A DNA stretch of 64,000 nucleotides from NCBI GenBank assembly GCA_018898455.1, contig JAHIJO010000014.1, forward strand, positions 1,560 through 65,559. Direction: 5' to 3'. The stretch comes from Verrucomicrobiota bacterium (GTDB lineage: Bacteria > Verrucomicrobiota > Kiritimatiellia > JAAZAB01). Below are positions 36,754-45,822 of this stretch, one piece after another. The position numbers and the translations under genes were made by a program. Within the stretch, counting starts at the first letter, position 1. Each line of letters opens with the position of its first letter. The notes under the pieces are model-generated. The model saw nothing but the letters and a program-made list of their open reading frames with translations, ran no database searches and was not told the DNA's origin.

Positions 36754-38214
36754 CTATATCCGTTTCGCCCGTCCGAAATCCTTCAGGTGCCCCAGGACCG
36801 CCCTGGCGCCGCGTAAAAGAAACGCGATGTCATCCCATCCGCGGATGGCCTTGAGCCGATGCCACATGTAGCGCGGTGACAGGAAAATGCTGTAAATCTG
36901 GCCGCAGATTTTACGGACCTCCTCCGGGGACATGCGTGTTTTGAGCACCGGTTCGTTCATATCGAAACGTTCATATTCCTGCGGATCGAACAGGAATCCA
37001 TTTTCTTTCAGCGCCTGTTCGTAGAGCGGCGTACCGGGATAAGGAACGACGGTCGTGGCCTGCAGTAAATCAGCTTTCCCGGTGAGCATCAGTTTCCGGG
37101 CCAGTCCCAATGTGCGCAGGGCATCTTCCCGTGTCTCCCAGGGAAAGCCGACGATCATGGTCAGGTGCACGGTCAGCCCGGCTTCCTTGGCCCAGCGACA
37201 GCCTTCCTCGATTTGTTCCACGCGTGTTTTCTTCTGCAGGCGATCCAGCGTCTCCTGATTGGCGGATTCCAGCCCGAACTTCAAGAGCCGAAAACCGGCC
37301 TGGCGCATCATCTCGTAGTCTTTCTTCTCCAGGGCGCCGAAGCGCATATTGCAGGAATACCGGATCTTGCGGGAATAACCGCGCTGTTGTAATCCTTCAC
37401 AAAGGCGGGCCAGCCATGGGCCCGTGTTCAGGGTGCCGGAATCATCGAAGATTTCGGTTACCTGGTACTCGTCAATCAAGCGGCCGATTTCATCCAGAAC
37501 GTTTTCGGGACTGCGTACCCGGAAGCGCGGATACATCACCGTCCAGGCGCAAAAGGTGCACTTGCCATGCCAGCAGTCCCGGCCGGACATGATGTACATG
37601 AAGGGATGTCCGCGTAAATTGTATTCTTTTTGATAGAGATCCCATCGCGTCAGGCGGCGGTCAATAAAGGGGGCCTCATCCAGCTTGTGATTCAGCTCAA
37701 AATGCTTATGGCCGGCGATCTGCCCGTTTTGGCGATAGACAATGCCGCCGGGCAGCGGCGCGCCGGTGGTCAAATGCCGGAGCAGGTCGCCCAGCAGAAA
37801 ATCATAATCGCCCCCGCAGAGCACAAAGTCAACGGGCGCATTTTGCAGAGTTTCTTCCGGACGGGCGGTGACATGATCCCCGCAAACAACTAGTTGCAGG
37901 GCGGGAAATTCCGATTTGAGAGCTTGGGCCGTCAGCCAATGCAGGCGGACAACCGGTGTTTTGGTTTCGAACAGGAACAGATCCGGTTTTTCCCGGCGCA
38001 GAAAGGTCCGAAATTCGTCGGTATCCATGTTTTCGGCAATGGCGTCTTTCCAGATGACCTTGTGGCCGGCTTGTTGAGCCATGGTGGCGGCGCCGGCGAG
38101 CACCACGGGAAATATCCGGGTTTCATGGCTGAACCACTGAAATTGGCGATTCTGGGAAAGCAGGGCCAGTCCTTTGGCGGAACGAGTGGGTGGATATCCG
38201 ACGACAATTTTCAT
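36754..38214 (-). CDS. B12-binding-type radical SAM protein (HpnJ-like)
   Basis: SGRDCWHGKCTFC, FGLES and PYPGTPLY motifs. Confidence 0.85.
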   Translation of the reverse strand: MKIVVGYPPTRSAKGLALLSQNRQFQWFSHETRIFPVVLAGAATMAQQAGHKVIWKDAIAENMDTDEFRTFLRREKPDLFLFETKTPVVRLHWLTAQALKSEFPALQLVVCGDHVTARPEETLQNAPVDFVLCGGDYDFLLGDLLRHLTTGAPLPGGIVYRQNGQIAGHKHFELNHKLDEAPFIDRRLTRWDLYQKEYNLRGHPFMYIMSGRDCWHGKCTFCAWTVMYPRFRVRSPENVLDEIGRLIDEYQVTEIFDDSGTLNTGPWLARLCEGLQQRGYSRKIRYSCNMRFGALEKKDYEMMRQAGFRLLKFGLESANQETLDRLQKKTRVEQIEEGCRWAKEAGLTVHLTMIVGFPWETREDALRTLGLARKLMLTGKADLLQATTVVPYPGTPLYEQALKENGFLFDPQEYERFDMNEPVLKTRMSPEEVRKICGQIYSIFLSPRYMWHRLKAIRGWDDIAFLLRGARAVLGHLKDFGRAKRI

Positions 38215-38399
38215 GCTTTCCAACAACCTCATTTAAGTATTCAAATTGCAGTGAATTATGTATACCATTTGACATGTTTGAGCAAGCGGTAAAGCGACGG
38301 GAATGGTAATGTGGAACAACAACTGTGAGCGGGATATAATCCACACCTTAAGTATCCGGGACGACGAAGAAAACCTAGCAAAGGGGAAAAGCCTTACAA

Positions 38400-38521
38400 T
38401 TGCCCGCGAACCACGCGAAAGGAACGCGAAAACTGATTACTCAACTGGCTTGAATTTCCTATTCATCGATTTGGATATATAAAATTTACTATTCGTGTCC
38501 TTTTGCTTGTTTCGCGGGCAA
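38400..38521. repeat. Gene-less (empty) copy of the cassette-2 inverted-repeat pair
   Basis: TTGCCCGCGAACCACGCGAAAGGAACGCGAA ... TTCGTGTCCTTTTGCTTGTTTCGCGGGCAA around an AT-rich spacer of about 60 bp. Confidence 0.8.
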
Positions 38522-38559
38522 ACTCTTTGGGGTTTCAGCCGCCCCTGGCGGATTTGACT

Positions 38560-39789
38560 ATGACAGCACCTGCATCCAATGATCGGAAACTGCGCGTGGC
38601 CTTGCTTTACCGGTATGGGGTTCACGATCACAAGGAATTGTATCCAATCATTCCCGAGGTGCTGCGGCAGTTGGGCCGGCAGTGTGAAGCGCTCTATATG
38701 GGACCTAATCGCCGGCGGGCGGGCATTCAATACCGGTTCCCAGGCGTCAGCTATCGCTTTCTGCCTTTTACCGTGAACCGGGCCAGCACCTTCGACAAGA
38801 TAACCAAGGCTTTGCTCTGGTATGCCTGTCTGCCTTTTGTGGCGTTTTTCTTTCGTTTTGTTTGGCGCGCTGATTTGATTTGGATTGATGAAAGCAGTCT
38901 GCCGGCGCAGGGACGCCTGATGCAGATGATTTCCGGCCGGCCGCTGGCCATAACGGTCTGCGATTTTTTTCTTAGCATCTACAGCGAAAAAATTTCCTGG
39001 TTGCGTCCTTGGGGGATATGGCTCAACGCCATTGACCAGAAGAGCTGGCTTAAGGCGGCCGGTCTGTTTACGCGATCGGAAAGCCTGCGGCGCTATCTGC
39101 TTGCGCGGGGAGTATCGCCCGAGCGCGTGGTGGTGGCCCGGGATGCCGTGTTGCCTGATTTGTTTGTGCCCGGTGACGCCGCGGCGCTGCGACGCAAACT
39201 GGGGTTTGGCGATGCGGATGTGGTGCTTTGTCATCACGGCATCCTGCATCCGAACAAAGGCATTCTGCGCGTTGTCCGCTGGATGCTCCCGATAATGAAG
39301 TCGGATCCGCATCTGAAACTGTTGATTATCGGAGGCGGACCGGACTTGGAACCGCTGCGGGAACTGGTTCGGAAGAATCAACTCCAGAATCAAATCATTC
39401 TTACCGGCTGGCTGGCATCCCATGCGGAAGTGAATGCGCATCTTAATGCCGCGGATATTGGGCTGGTCATGCGGGTCGGGCAAAGCTCGGATCATTTCCA
39501 TGTGACCGGCGCCTTGATCCACAGCATGATGTGCGCCCTGCCGGTGCTGGCGTGCCGGCTGGAGGGCATCCAGGAGATAGTCACGGAAGGTCAGGAAGGC
39601 GTGCTGTTCGATCCGGATTCGGCCGGGGAATTTCTACAAAAACTGGATGTGCTTAAACAGAATGCCGCGCGGCGGCGCGAGATGGGGCAGAAGGGACGGA
39701 CCAAGGCGCTGGCTGAATTCAATCCCGAGCATATTGCGAAGCAAACCGTGGAGACCTTGATCCGGTTTGCCCGCCGGGGCCGGCCGTGA
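38560..39789 (+). CDS. Family 4 glycosyltransferase
   Basis: HGILHPNKG, IIGGGP and C-terminal MMCALPVLACRLEGIQEIV motifs. Confidence 0.85.
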   Translation: MTAPASNDRKLRVALLYRYGVHDHKELYPIIPEVLRQLGRQCEALYMGPNRRRAGIQYRFPGVSYRFLPFTVNRASTFDKITKALLWYACLPFVAFFFRFVWRADLIWIDESSLPAQGRLMQMISGRPLAITVCDFFLSIYSEKISWLRPWGIWLNAIDQKSWLKAAGLFTRSESLRRYLLARGVSPERVVVARDAVLPDLFVPGDAAALRRKLGFGDADVVLCHHGILHPNKGILRVVRWMLPIMKSDPHLKLLIIGGGPDLEPLRELVRKNQLQNQIILTGWLASHAEVNAHLNAADIGLVMRVGQSSDHFHVTGALIHSMMCALPVLACRLEGIQEIVTEGQEGVLFDPDSAGEFLQKLDVLKQNAARRREMGQKGRTKALAEFNPEHIAKQTVETLIRFARRGRP

Positions 39790-39797
39790 TGGAATCC

Positions 39798-40802
39798 TTA
39801 TCCGGGCTTTGCCGCCGCCACGCTGGGTTCATAAAAAATAATTTGGCTGCCCAGCGATTCGAATTCAAAGGGCACATGGAGCAATGGCGCCATCTGCCGG
39901 CGGAAATGAACCTGCTTGTCCGGCGGCACAAAGAACAGCATGAATCCGCCGCCGCCGGCGCCCAGTAGTTTGCCGCCGATCGCGCCCGCGGCCAGACCCC
40001 TGGCATAGATATCGTCCAAGTAGGCGTTCGATATTTTTGCGCTGAGGGAGCGCTTGATTTCCCAGCCTTCGTGCAAGAGCCGGCCAAAATCACCGATATC
40101 GCCGCTGCCAATGATTTTCATGGCCTCATCCACCATGGCTTGGATGGCCTGCAGTTCCTTTTCCATTTTCGGTGTGTTCCGGATCTGGTCGGCGGCAATT
40201 TCGGAAGCGTTCCGGGAGAAGCCGGTAAAATACAGCAATAGATGGTTTTGCAGTAAATGGATGCGATCGAGCGGCAGGGTTACGGGATGGATTGTTATCC
40301 GGTCGCCCGGTGAAAACCGGATCACGTTCAGTCCGCCGAAGGCGGCAGTCACCTGGTCCTGGGCCCCCACATTCTCGCCGATAAGGTCCCGCTCGACATG
40401 AATCGCTTCCTGGGCCAGTTGCATCCGGGTGCACATTTCACCGCGCATCCCATGCAGGGCGTGTAAAAGCCCCACCGTGAACGAGGAACTGGATCCCAAT
40501 CCCGCCCGGGCCGGCAGGTCGCTGTCATTATGGATCTCAACGCCATCGGTTATTCGCATGAATTGCAGGCCTTTTCGTACGGCCGGGTGCTTGATGTCCT
40601 CAATGGTTCGGACGTCCTCAACCATCGAATACACAATGCGAAACTTGTGTTCGAAGAACGGCGGCAGGTAACGGCAATTGATATAACAGTAGCGATTGAT
40701 ACTGGTGGCGAGCACGGCGCCGCCATGTTCATTGTACCAGACCGGGTAATCCGTGCCTCCGCCAAAAAACGAGATGCGAAAAGGTGTGCGGCTGATGATC
40801 AT
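39798..40802 (-). CDS. hddA: D-glycero-alpha-D-manno-heptose-7-phosphate kinase (GHMP)
   Basis: ISRTPFRISFFGGGTDYP, GLGSSSSF, GAQDQ and GKLLGAGGGGF motifs. Confidence 0.88.
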   Translation of the reverse strand: MIISRTPFRISFFGGGTDYPVWYNEHGGAVLATSINRYCYINCRYLPPFFEHKFRIVYSMVEDVRTIEDIKHPAVRKGLQFMRITDGVEIHNDSDLPARAGLGSSSSFTVGLLHALHGMRGEMCTRMQLAQEAIHVERDLIGENVGAQDQVTAAFGGLNVIRFSPGDRITIHPVTLPLDRIHLLQNHLLLYFTGFSRNASEIAADQIRNTPKMEKELQAIQAMVDEAMKIIGSGDIGDFGRLLHEGWEIKRSLSAKISNAYLDDIYARGLAAGAIGGKLLGAGGGGFMLFFVPPDKQVHFRRQMAPLLHVPFEFESLGSQIIFYEPSVAAAKPG

Positions 40803-40840
40803 GATCCTTCTCCGTGTTGTGAAATTGAGCGGAATCTTGC

Positions 40841-40919
40841 CCGCGAACTACGCAAAAGGAATGCGAAATGATTACATAAAAAAACGGATTTATTCGCGTC
40901 TCATTCGCGTAATTCGCGG
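40841..40919. repeat. Gene-less copy of the cassette-2 inverted-repeat family
   Basis: CCGCGAACTACGCAAAAGGAATGCGAA / TTCGCGTCTCATTCGCGTAATTCGCGG. Confidence 0.75.
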
Positions 40920-40951
40920 TTAATATGTTTTATTGTGGTCAATGGCGGAAT

Positions 40952-41893
40952 TTATGAGTGAATCTTGTTGTTGCGATACAGGAGATACCATTTCACGGTT
41001 TTTTCAATGCCCTGTTTAAGCGTATATTTCGGTTTCCAGTTAGTTTTTGCAATAAAGCGTTTGTTGTCAAGCACTTTGTGTTTTACGCCGGTGTATCTGT
41101 CTTTATTAAAAAACAGATTTCCCCGATAACCGACCGCATCGCGGATGATCTCGGCAACTTCCCGAATCGGATATCCTTTTCCATTGCTTATATTTACAAT
41201 CTCATTTTCAAAATGTTCCGCGGCCAGCAGCATCGCGTCGATTTGATCGTCGACATAAAGCAATTCCCGGATTTGCGTTCCATCGCCCCATATCTCAACC
41301 TGCGGCTCATGCTGCTCCTTGGCCTTGATAAACTTGATAATTAGCGCCGCCATGACATGGGTACGGATCGGATCGCCAAAGTAGTCGTCGGGACCAAACG
41401 GGGTCGCATAAATCACATGCACGTACTTTAAATTGTATTGTAAACTATATGCCCGCAATCCTACATCCGCCATGCGCTTGGTATTGGCATAATAAAACAC
41501 CGATTCATCAACCGGTCCCTGATGAAAGTCCGGCTCATACAACAGGCTCATGCTGGCCGGGTACGCGCAGCTGGTTCCGACAAAGATGAGTTTTGCCTGC
41601 GGCTGATACCGGCGCCAGGCCTCCATCGTGTTCGTGTGAATCTGTCCATTGTCATGGACGAGTGACGCGGCCATGCCTTTCTGAAATTCGGGAGCTCCGC
41701 CGCCTTGAATTGCAGCCATGTGGATGATCCGGTCGAATTTATCGAGGGTCCGGAAAAAGGCGAATGTCTGTTCTTCGTTACGCAAGTCGCATTCCCGGCT
41801 ATGGAAGACCCGATAACGGATCGCGCGGTCCGTAAGGATTCGGGCAAGGTTTTTCCCGATAAAACCGGTGCCGCCGGTGATTAATATGTTCAT
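40952..41893 (-). CDS. GDP-L-fucose synthase-like epimerase/reductase
   Basis: TGGTGFIG, GTSCAYP, YANTK and EIWGDGTQIRE motifs. Confidence 0.82.
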   Translation of the reverse strand: MNILITGGTGFIGKNLARILTDRAIRYRVFHSRECDLRNEEQTFAFFRTLDKFDRIIHMAAIQGGGAPEFQKGMAASLVHDNGQIHTNTMEAWRRYQPQAKLIFVGTSCAYPASMSLLYEPDFHQGPVDESVFYYANTKRMADVGLRAYSLQYNLKYVHVIYATPFGPDDYFGDPIRTHVMAALIIKFIKAKEQHEPQVEIWGDGTQIRELLYVDDQIDAMLLAAEHFENEIVNISNGKGYPIREVAEIIRDAVGYRGNLFFNKDRYTGVKHKVLDNKRFIAKTNWKPKYTLKQGIEKTVKWYLLYRNNKIHS

Positions 41894-41917
41894 TCAAGAC
41901 TCCTGATTGCCGTGTGT

Positions 41918-42634
41918 TTATCGCTTATCCGGCGCTGTTTTCAATAACTCTTGCCTGACATATTTCCAGACTTCCTGCGAACTGGGCATTCCCGCTTCCA
42001 CCCGGTCGGAATATACGATTTCCTTTTTTCCTTCGTACTCAACTTCGGGCCACGCCTCTTGCGCAATTTCAGCCAGGGTAATCGTATCGCGCGCCGCAAT
42101 TTCTTTTATCCCGGTTTGATTAATATTATCGATGATCCAGGCCGCGGCAAAGTCAACGTCAAGATAATTATATGCGCTGTGAATATCGACATACACTTTC
42201 TTGCGATGGATCAGGTCATGGAGTGCGCCTTTGTTGAATCCTTTTCCATATAGCGCCGCCAGCCGGATAATTAATGAATGCTCATGGGTTTCAACCAGCG
42301 ATTCGGCCGTCCGTTTGTTAATGCCATAAGGAACATCGAGCTGGGTCCTTGCCGAAAGAGAGCTGATCTGCACGAATTTGCCGTATTTCCATTCGTAGAT
42401 CAATTCCGCTGTCAAGCGGACCGTTGCGTCAAAATCAAGCAGGGGGTTCTGGAACGCCCAAAACCTTTTGGAGGGCATGGCGGTGTTGATTAAAACATCA
42501 TATTCTTGCGCCTTATGCTGGGCGTAAGTTTGGCGGGAAATCATGACTGGTTCCAAGACCGCCGGATGTGTTGCTACCGCTCGACACAATGCCTGGCCGA
42601 TAAAACCATTGGCTCCGACAATACCTACCTTCAT
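41918..42634 (-). CDS. Short NAD-dependent epimerase/dehydratase
   Basis: GANGFIG, YGINK and IIRLAALYG motifs. Confidence 0.75.
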   Translation of the reverse strand: MKVGIVGANGFIGQALCRAVATHPAVLEPVMISRQTYAQHKAQEYDVLINTAMPSKRFWAFQNPLLDFDATVRLTAELIYEWKYGKFVQISSLSARTQLDVPYGINKRTAESLVETHEHSLIIRLAALYGKGFNKGALHDLIHRKKVYVDIHSAYNYLDVDFAAAWIIDNINQTGIKEIAARDTITLAEIAQEAWPEVEYEGKKEIVYSDRVEAGMPSSQEVWKYVRQELLKTAPDKR

Positions 42635-42660
42635 GATGACAAGGTTCCCTTATGTTACTG

Positions 42661-43116
42661 TTAATGAATATGCTTGGCGATTTTGTTTTGTTCTTTGAAA
42701 TAAGCGCTCTTGGGATCGCCATGGTCGCCTTCGCCCATACCCAGATTCTCGTGGATAATTGGTTTTTTGCAGTCGTTCCAGCGCTTGGTCAGAAAAGACA
42801 CGGATTGGCAATCGGTGATTGCAAGGAAAACATGGTACGTGCCGCGTGGGATATAGATGCAATCGCCCTTGGCCATCGAGATAAAATACTCCTTGCCGTT
42901 CTTCGTGTCCTTTTCTACCTCCACGCCGTTACCGTCCACGAGCAGGATATATTCGTCGAATTCAGGATGGCAGTGATTTCCCCGAATCTTGCCGGTCTTG
43001 ATGAACTGATGCGTGAATTCCCGGATTGGCTGATTCGGCGCAAAGGAAAAAATAGCGCCGCGTCCATCGCGAATGGTGTTCAGGTTGCAGGCCGGCTTGA
43101 AAGACTTCATTTTCAT
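42661..43116 (-). CDS. Cupin-fold NDP-sugar isomerase/epimerase (FdtA/WxcM-like)
   Basis: DGRG, KIRGNHCH and IPRGTYH motifs. Confidence 0.7.
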   Translation of the reverse strand: MKMKSFKPACNLNTIRDGRGAIFSFAPNQPIREFTHQFIKTGKIRGNHCHPEFDEYILLVDGNGVEVEKDTKNGKEYFISMAKGDCIYIPRGTYHVFLAITDCQSVSFLTKRWNDCKKPIIHENLGMGEGDHGDPKSAYFKEQNKIAKHIH

Positions 43117-43207
43117 GATTGGGCTCCTTCATCATAACAGTCGAATGTAATATCATTCTACTATGTCGGCCAATCCAGGCAAGCCTGCGTTCGGTCTCTT
43201 CGCAGTT

Positions 43208-44470
43208 CTAGGTCTGTATCGGTGTCCGTAATCTGCGGATGTGAATTCCAAGGCCTTTAATCAGGACCAGCAACGTCAAGACACTGACGATCGCAAGGAC
43301 AGCAACGATTTCCAGGACGGAAGTGTGCCGGATCGAGACCCCGATCAAGTACCCGCCGGCGCACAGGATTAACGGCACGGTCATGCGGAAGCGGTTTTGG
43401 GCCAGTTCAAAAGACATGATGATAAAGGCAAGTCCCAGGGGGCTCATGGCCCAGATCGTACAGCGGACCAGCCGGCACATGGCGATGCTGGGAGTCCAGT
43501 CGCGGTACAGAATGCCGAGCGGCAATTGCGGCAGAACGCTGCATACCAGGAGCGCGGGCACAATGATCAGGCCGGCATAGGCCAGGGCGCGCGCCAGCAG
43601 TTTTCCGTGCTGGGCGCTCATGGCGCCGTTCGACACCGTTTTGGGGAAAAGGGCTCCGGCAATCGGCATAGGGAGAAAAATGATCATGCGTCCGATCGTG
43701 CCCGCCCGCGCAAAAAGTCCCGCTTGATCCTCGGGAAAATAATGTTTCACGATCAGCACGTCGGCGTTCATGAGGAAGGCGAAAGAGGCCAGCACCACAA
43801 ATGTGCGTAGAAAATACGTATGGGTTCCCGGCAGGGGCTTATCCGATGGCGATGCGTTTCGGAGGATTATCCAAATACCGGCCAGCCCGAGCGCGCCGCC
43901 GGCGATGATGCCCAAGCCTTGTCCCACCAGCGCCCACTGGGCGGCGGCGGCGATAAAATACACCAGGGCGCCGCCGGCGATCAGCCGGACAATGCTCCAG
44001 ATTGTGCCTGAAAAGGATGCCCAGACGAAAGCCTGGATGCCCTGCAGAACTCCCCCGATAACCGGCGGAAAGAATGACAAGGCCAGAATGGTCAGCGCCA
44101 GGATGATGGCGTACCGATCCGGCAATTGGAAAAATTGCGCCAGCGGGTGGCTTAACAGGATACCGGCCGCAAGCAAAGGAACGGCGATCAGCAGGAGTTT
44201 CCACGACCAGGAGCGCACGAGCGGAAAAATGTCTCCGGCGCGATCCTGCTGAAGCAGTTGCGCGGAAAAGAATGCCAGGGCATTGCTCAGGGCGCTTAAC
44301 GGCATGCCGGCAATCAGGACCACGCCCAGCATGGATGAGAGAATGCCGTATTCCGCGGGCAAAAGCCACCGGCCCATGGCCATGTGAAAAAGCACGTTGC
44401 AGAGGTTGCTCACCTGGCCGGCTGCCATCAGCAAGAGACTATGCCGCAGAAGATGGTCTTTAATATGCAC
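43208..44470 (-). CDS. Oligosaccharide flippase (Wzx-like)
   Basis: About 12 TM segments; RWLLPAEYG, NADVLIVKHYF and AGLFA motifs. Confidence 0.8.
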   Translation of the reverse strand: MHIKDHLLRHSLLLMAAGQVSNLCNVLFHMAMGRWLLPAEYGILSSMLGVVLIAGMPLSALSNALAFFSAQLLQQDRAGDIFPLVRSWSWKLLLIAVPLLAAGILLSHPLAQFFQLPDRYAIILALTILALSFFPPVIGGVLQGIQAFVWASFSGTIWSIVRLIAGGALVYFIAAAAQWALVGQGLGIIAGGALGLAGIWIILRNASPSDKPLPGTHTYFLRTFVVLASFAFLMNADVLIVKHYFPEDQAGLFARAGTIGRMIIFLPMPIAGALFPKTVSNGAMSAQHGKLLARALAYAGLIIVPALLVCSVLPQLPLGILYRDWTPSIAMCRLVRCTIWAMSPLGLAFIIMSFELAQNRFRMTVPLILCAGGYLIGVSIRHTSVLEIVAVLAIVSVLTLLVLIKGLGIHIRRLRTPIQT

Positions 44471-44539
44471 GGTAATTACCGGAGTATCCGGCGCCTGATC
44501 CGGGCGCTAAATGGAGTCAGGAAAAAGCATGGGCGCCGG

Positions 44540-45076
44540 TTATAGAAATGTTTTTGAACATAACGAAAACTGTTTCCGAATTTCCGGGATATCCGGAATA
44601 CGGGCCTTCTCCAGAAGTGCGCGAACATCCTGGCGGGTCATGCCGGAACGCTCAAGGATGAATTGGGCATCGCCCAGGTCCAGGGGGTCATAACGCATGA
44701 GTTTGGTCAAAAAAAGATCCTGATCGCTCAGCCGCATGAGGCAAAGATTCTGCCATGAGCCATTAATCGGCATGCGCTGTTGACGCCATTGTGCAGTTAA
44801 AATCAGCTGGGATTCTTCAAAGAAGTGGCTGATGTAGAGCCCTTGCGGGGCGAGTTCCCGATTAGTGATCTCAACAGCCTCCCAAAAATTACCGATCCGC
44901 ATTAAGGACTCGGCTTGCCCCATCCAGAATACGCCGTCGACATCCATGCTTTGCGCGTATTCAGAAGGCGGTTTGGAAAAACCTAATTGCAGGGCCGCCC
45001 GTCCATACAGGGTTAATTCAACCCTTGCGGTGAGGTGCTTGTCTAATGCTCGGAGGATTGTTTCAGCGTTGTTCAT
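44540..45076 (-). CDS. Putative nucleotidyltransferase (DUF6036-like; AbiEii-like toxin candidate)
   Basis: LYGRAAL...SMDVD and DLFLTKLMRYDPLDLGD motifs; ATGA overlap with the upstream gene. Confidence 0.6.
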   Translation of the reverse strand: MNNAETILRALDKHLTARVELTLYGRAALQLGFSKPPSEYAQSMDVDGVFWMGQAESLMRIGNFWEAVEITNRELAPQGLYISHFFEESQLILTAQWRQQRMPINGSWQNLCLMRLSDQDLFLTKLMRYDPLDLGDAQFILERSGMTRQDVRALLEKARIPDIPEIRKQFSLCSKTFL

Positions 45077-45627
45077 GACACGAGCTTCCAATATTTCGCG
45101 TTACAGCCCCTGTCATCTGGAACGGGCACAGCCAATCGGGTCCAGTGCAGCAGGGGGGACGAGAGGGGGGGGGTCTTAGATAAGGCTTGATGAATCCTCT
45201 GCCAGACGAAGTGTTCCGGCGCAACACGGATGGCTTGGCGAGACAGTTCAGCCAGGACCAGTTCCGCCCGTTCGCGGCGCGCCGCTGCCAGTAAAGTGTC
45301 CGCATTCACGGCTTGCATGGAAACTAACTGCGCGGCGGCGCGCAACATTTGCGGCCGATCCTGGTTGTTCGGTTGGCAAATGGCGACAACCAGTTCCTCA
45401 TTGGAAAGCAGGCTTAACGGCGGCGGAACGAAGTCCGGGCTGGCTGGCGGCCAGCGGGTTACAAACCGTGCCCCTCTAGCATTAATGACATCCAAAAGCC
45501 AGTCTTCCAAACATTGCGCGCCCGCGGAAGGATATGCCCGCATTAGACTTCCCAGCCGAATCCGCAAAGCCGAAACGTGTATGGTCACGCCCAGCCGTTG
45601 GGCAAGGATGAGTGGGCGTTGATTCAT
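45073..45627 (-). CDS. Hypothetical protein, putative partner/antitoxin of the downstream nucleotidyltransferase
   Basis: 184-aa ORF translationally coupled to the downstream gene. Confidence 0.5.
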   Translation of the reverse strand: MNQRPLILAQRLGVTIHVSALRIRLGSLMRAYPSAGAQCLEDWLLDVINARGARFVTRWPPASPDFVPPPLSLLSNEELVVAICQPNNQDRPQMLRAAAQLVSMQAVNADTLLAAARRERAELVLAELSRQAIRVAPEHFVWQRIHQALSKTPPLSSPLLHWTRLAVPVPDDRGCNAKYWKLVS

Positions 45628-45822
45628 GAAATATCGCTTCCGGTCCCGAGGTGGAACTCCACAAGTTTCTCCAAATTGTGAATGAATGGGAATTCCATTT
45701 TGCGGAACGTCATATGTGCCTTGAGATATTTTTCCGCCGCCTGCGGTTTGACTTGCTCAATCATTTTCGTGAAAGCCAATCACTACTATGTGTCTTTGTG
45801 CCTTGGTGGCATATTATCCAAG

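Noticed and set aside
38437-39522. 361-aa minus-strand ORF (also 32171-33082, 51593-52513, 56337-57173, 58253-59167)
   Set aside because: Antisense shadows of well-supported genes.
23040-40919. General rule that all hairpin mismatches are G-U on the transcribed strand
   Set aside because: It holds for the double-hairpin repeat and a few arms, but the hairpin at about 23056-23093 has A-C pairs on the transcribed strand and 40841-40919 and the GIY-YIG arms are mixed.
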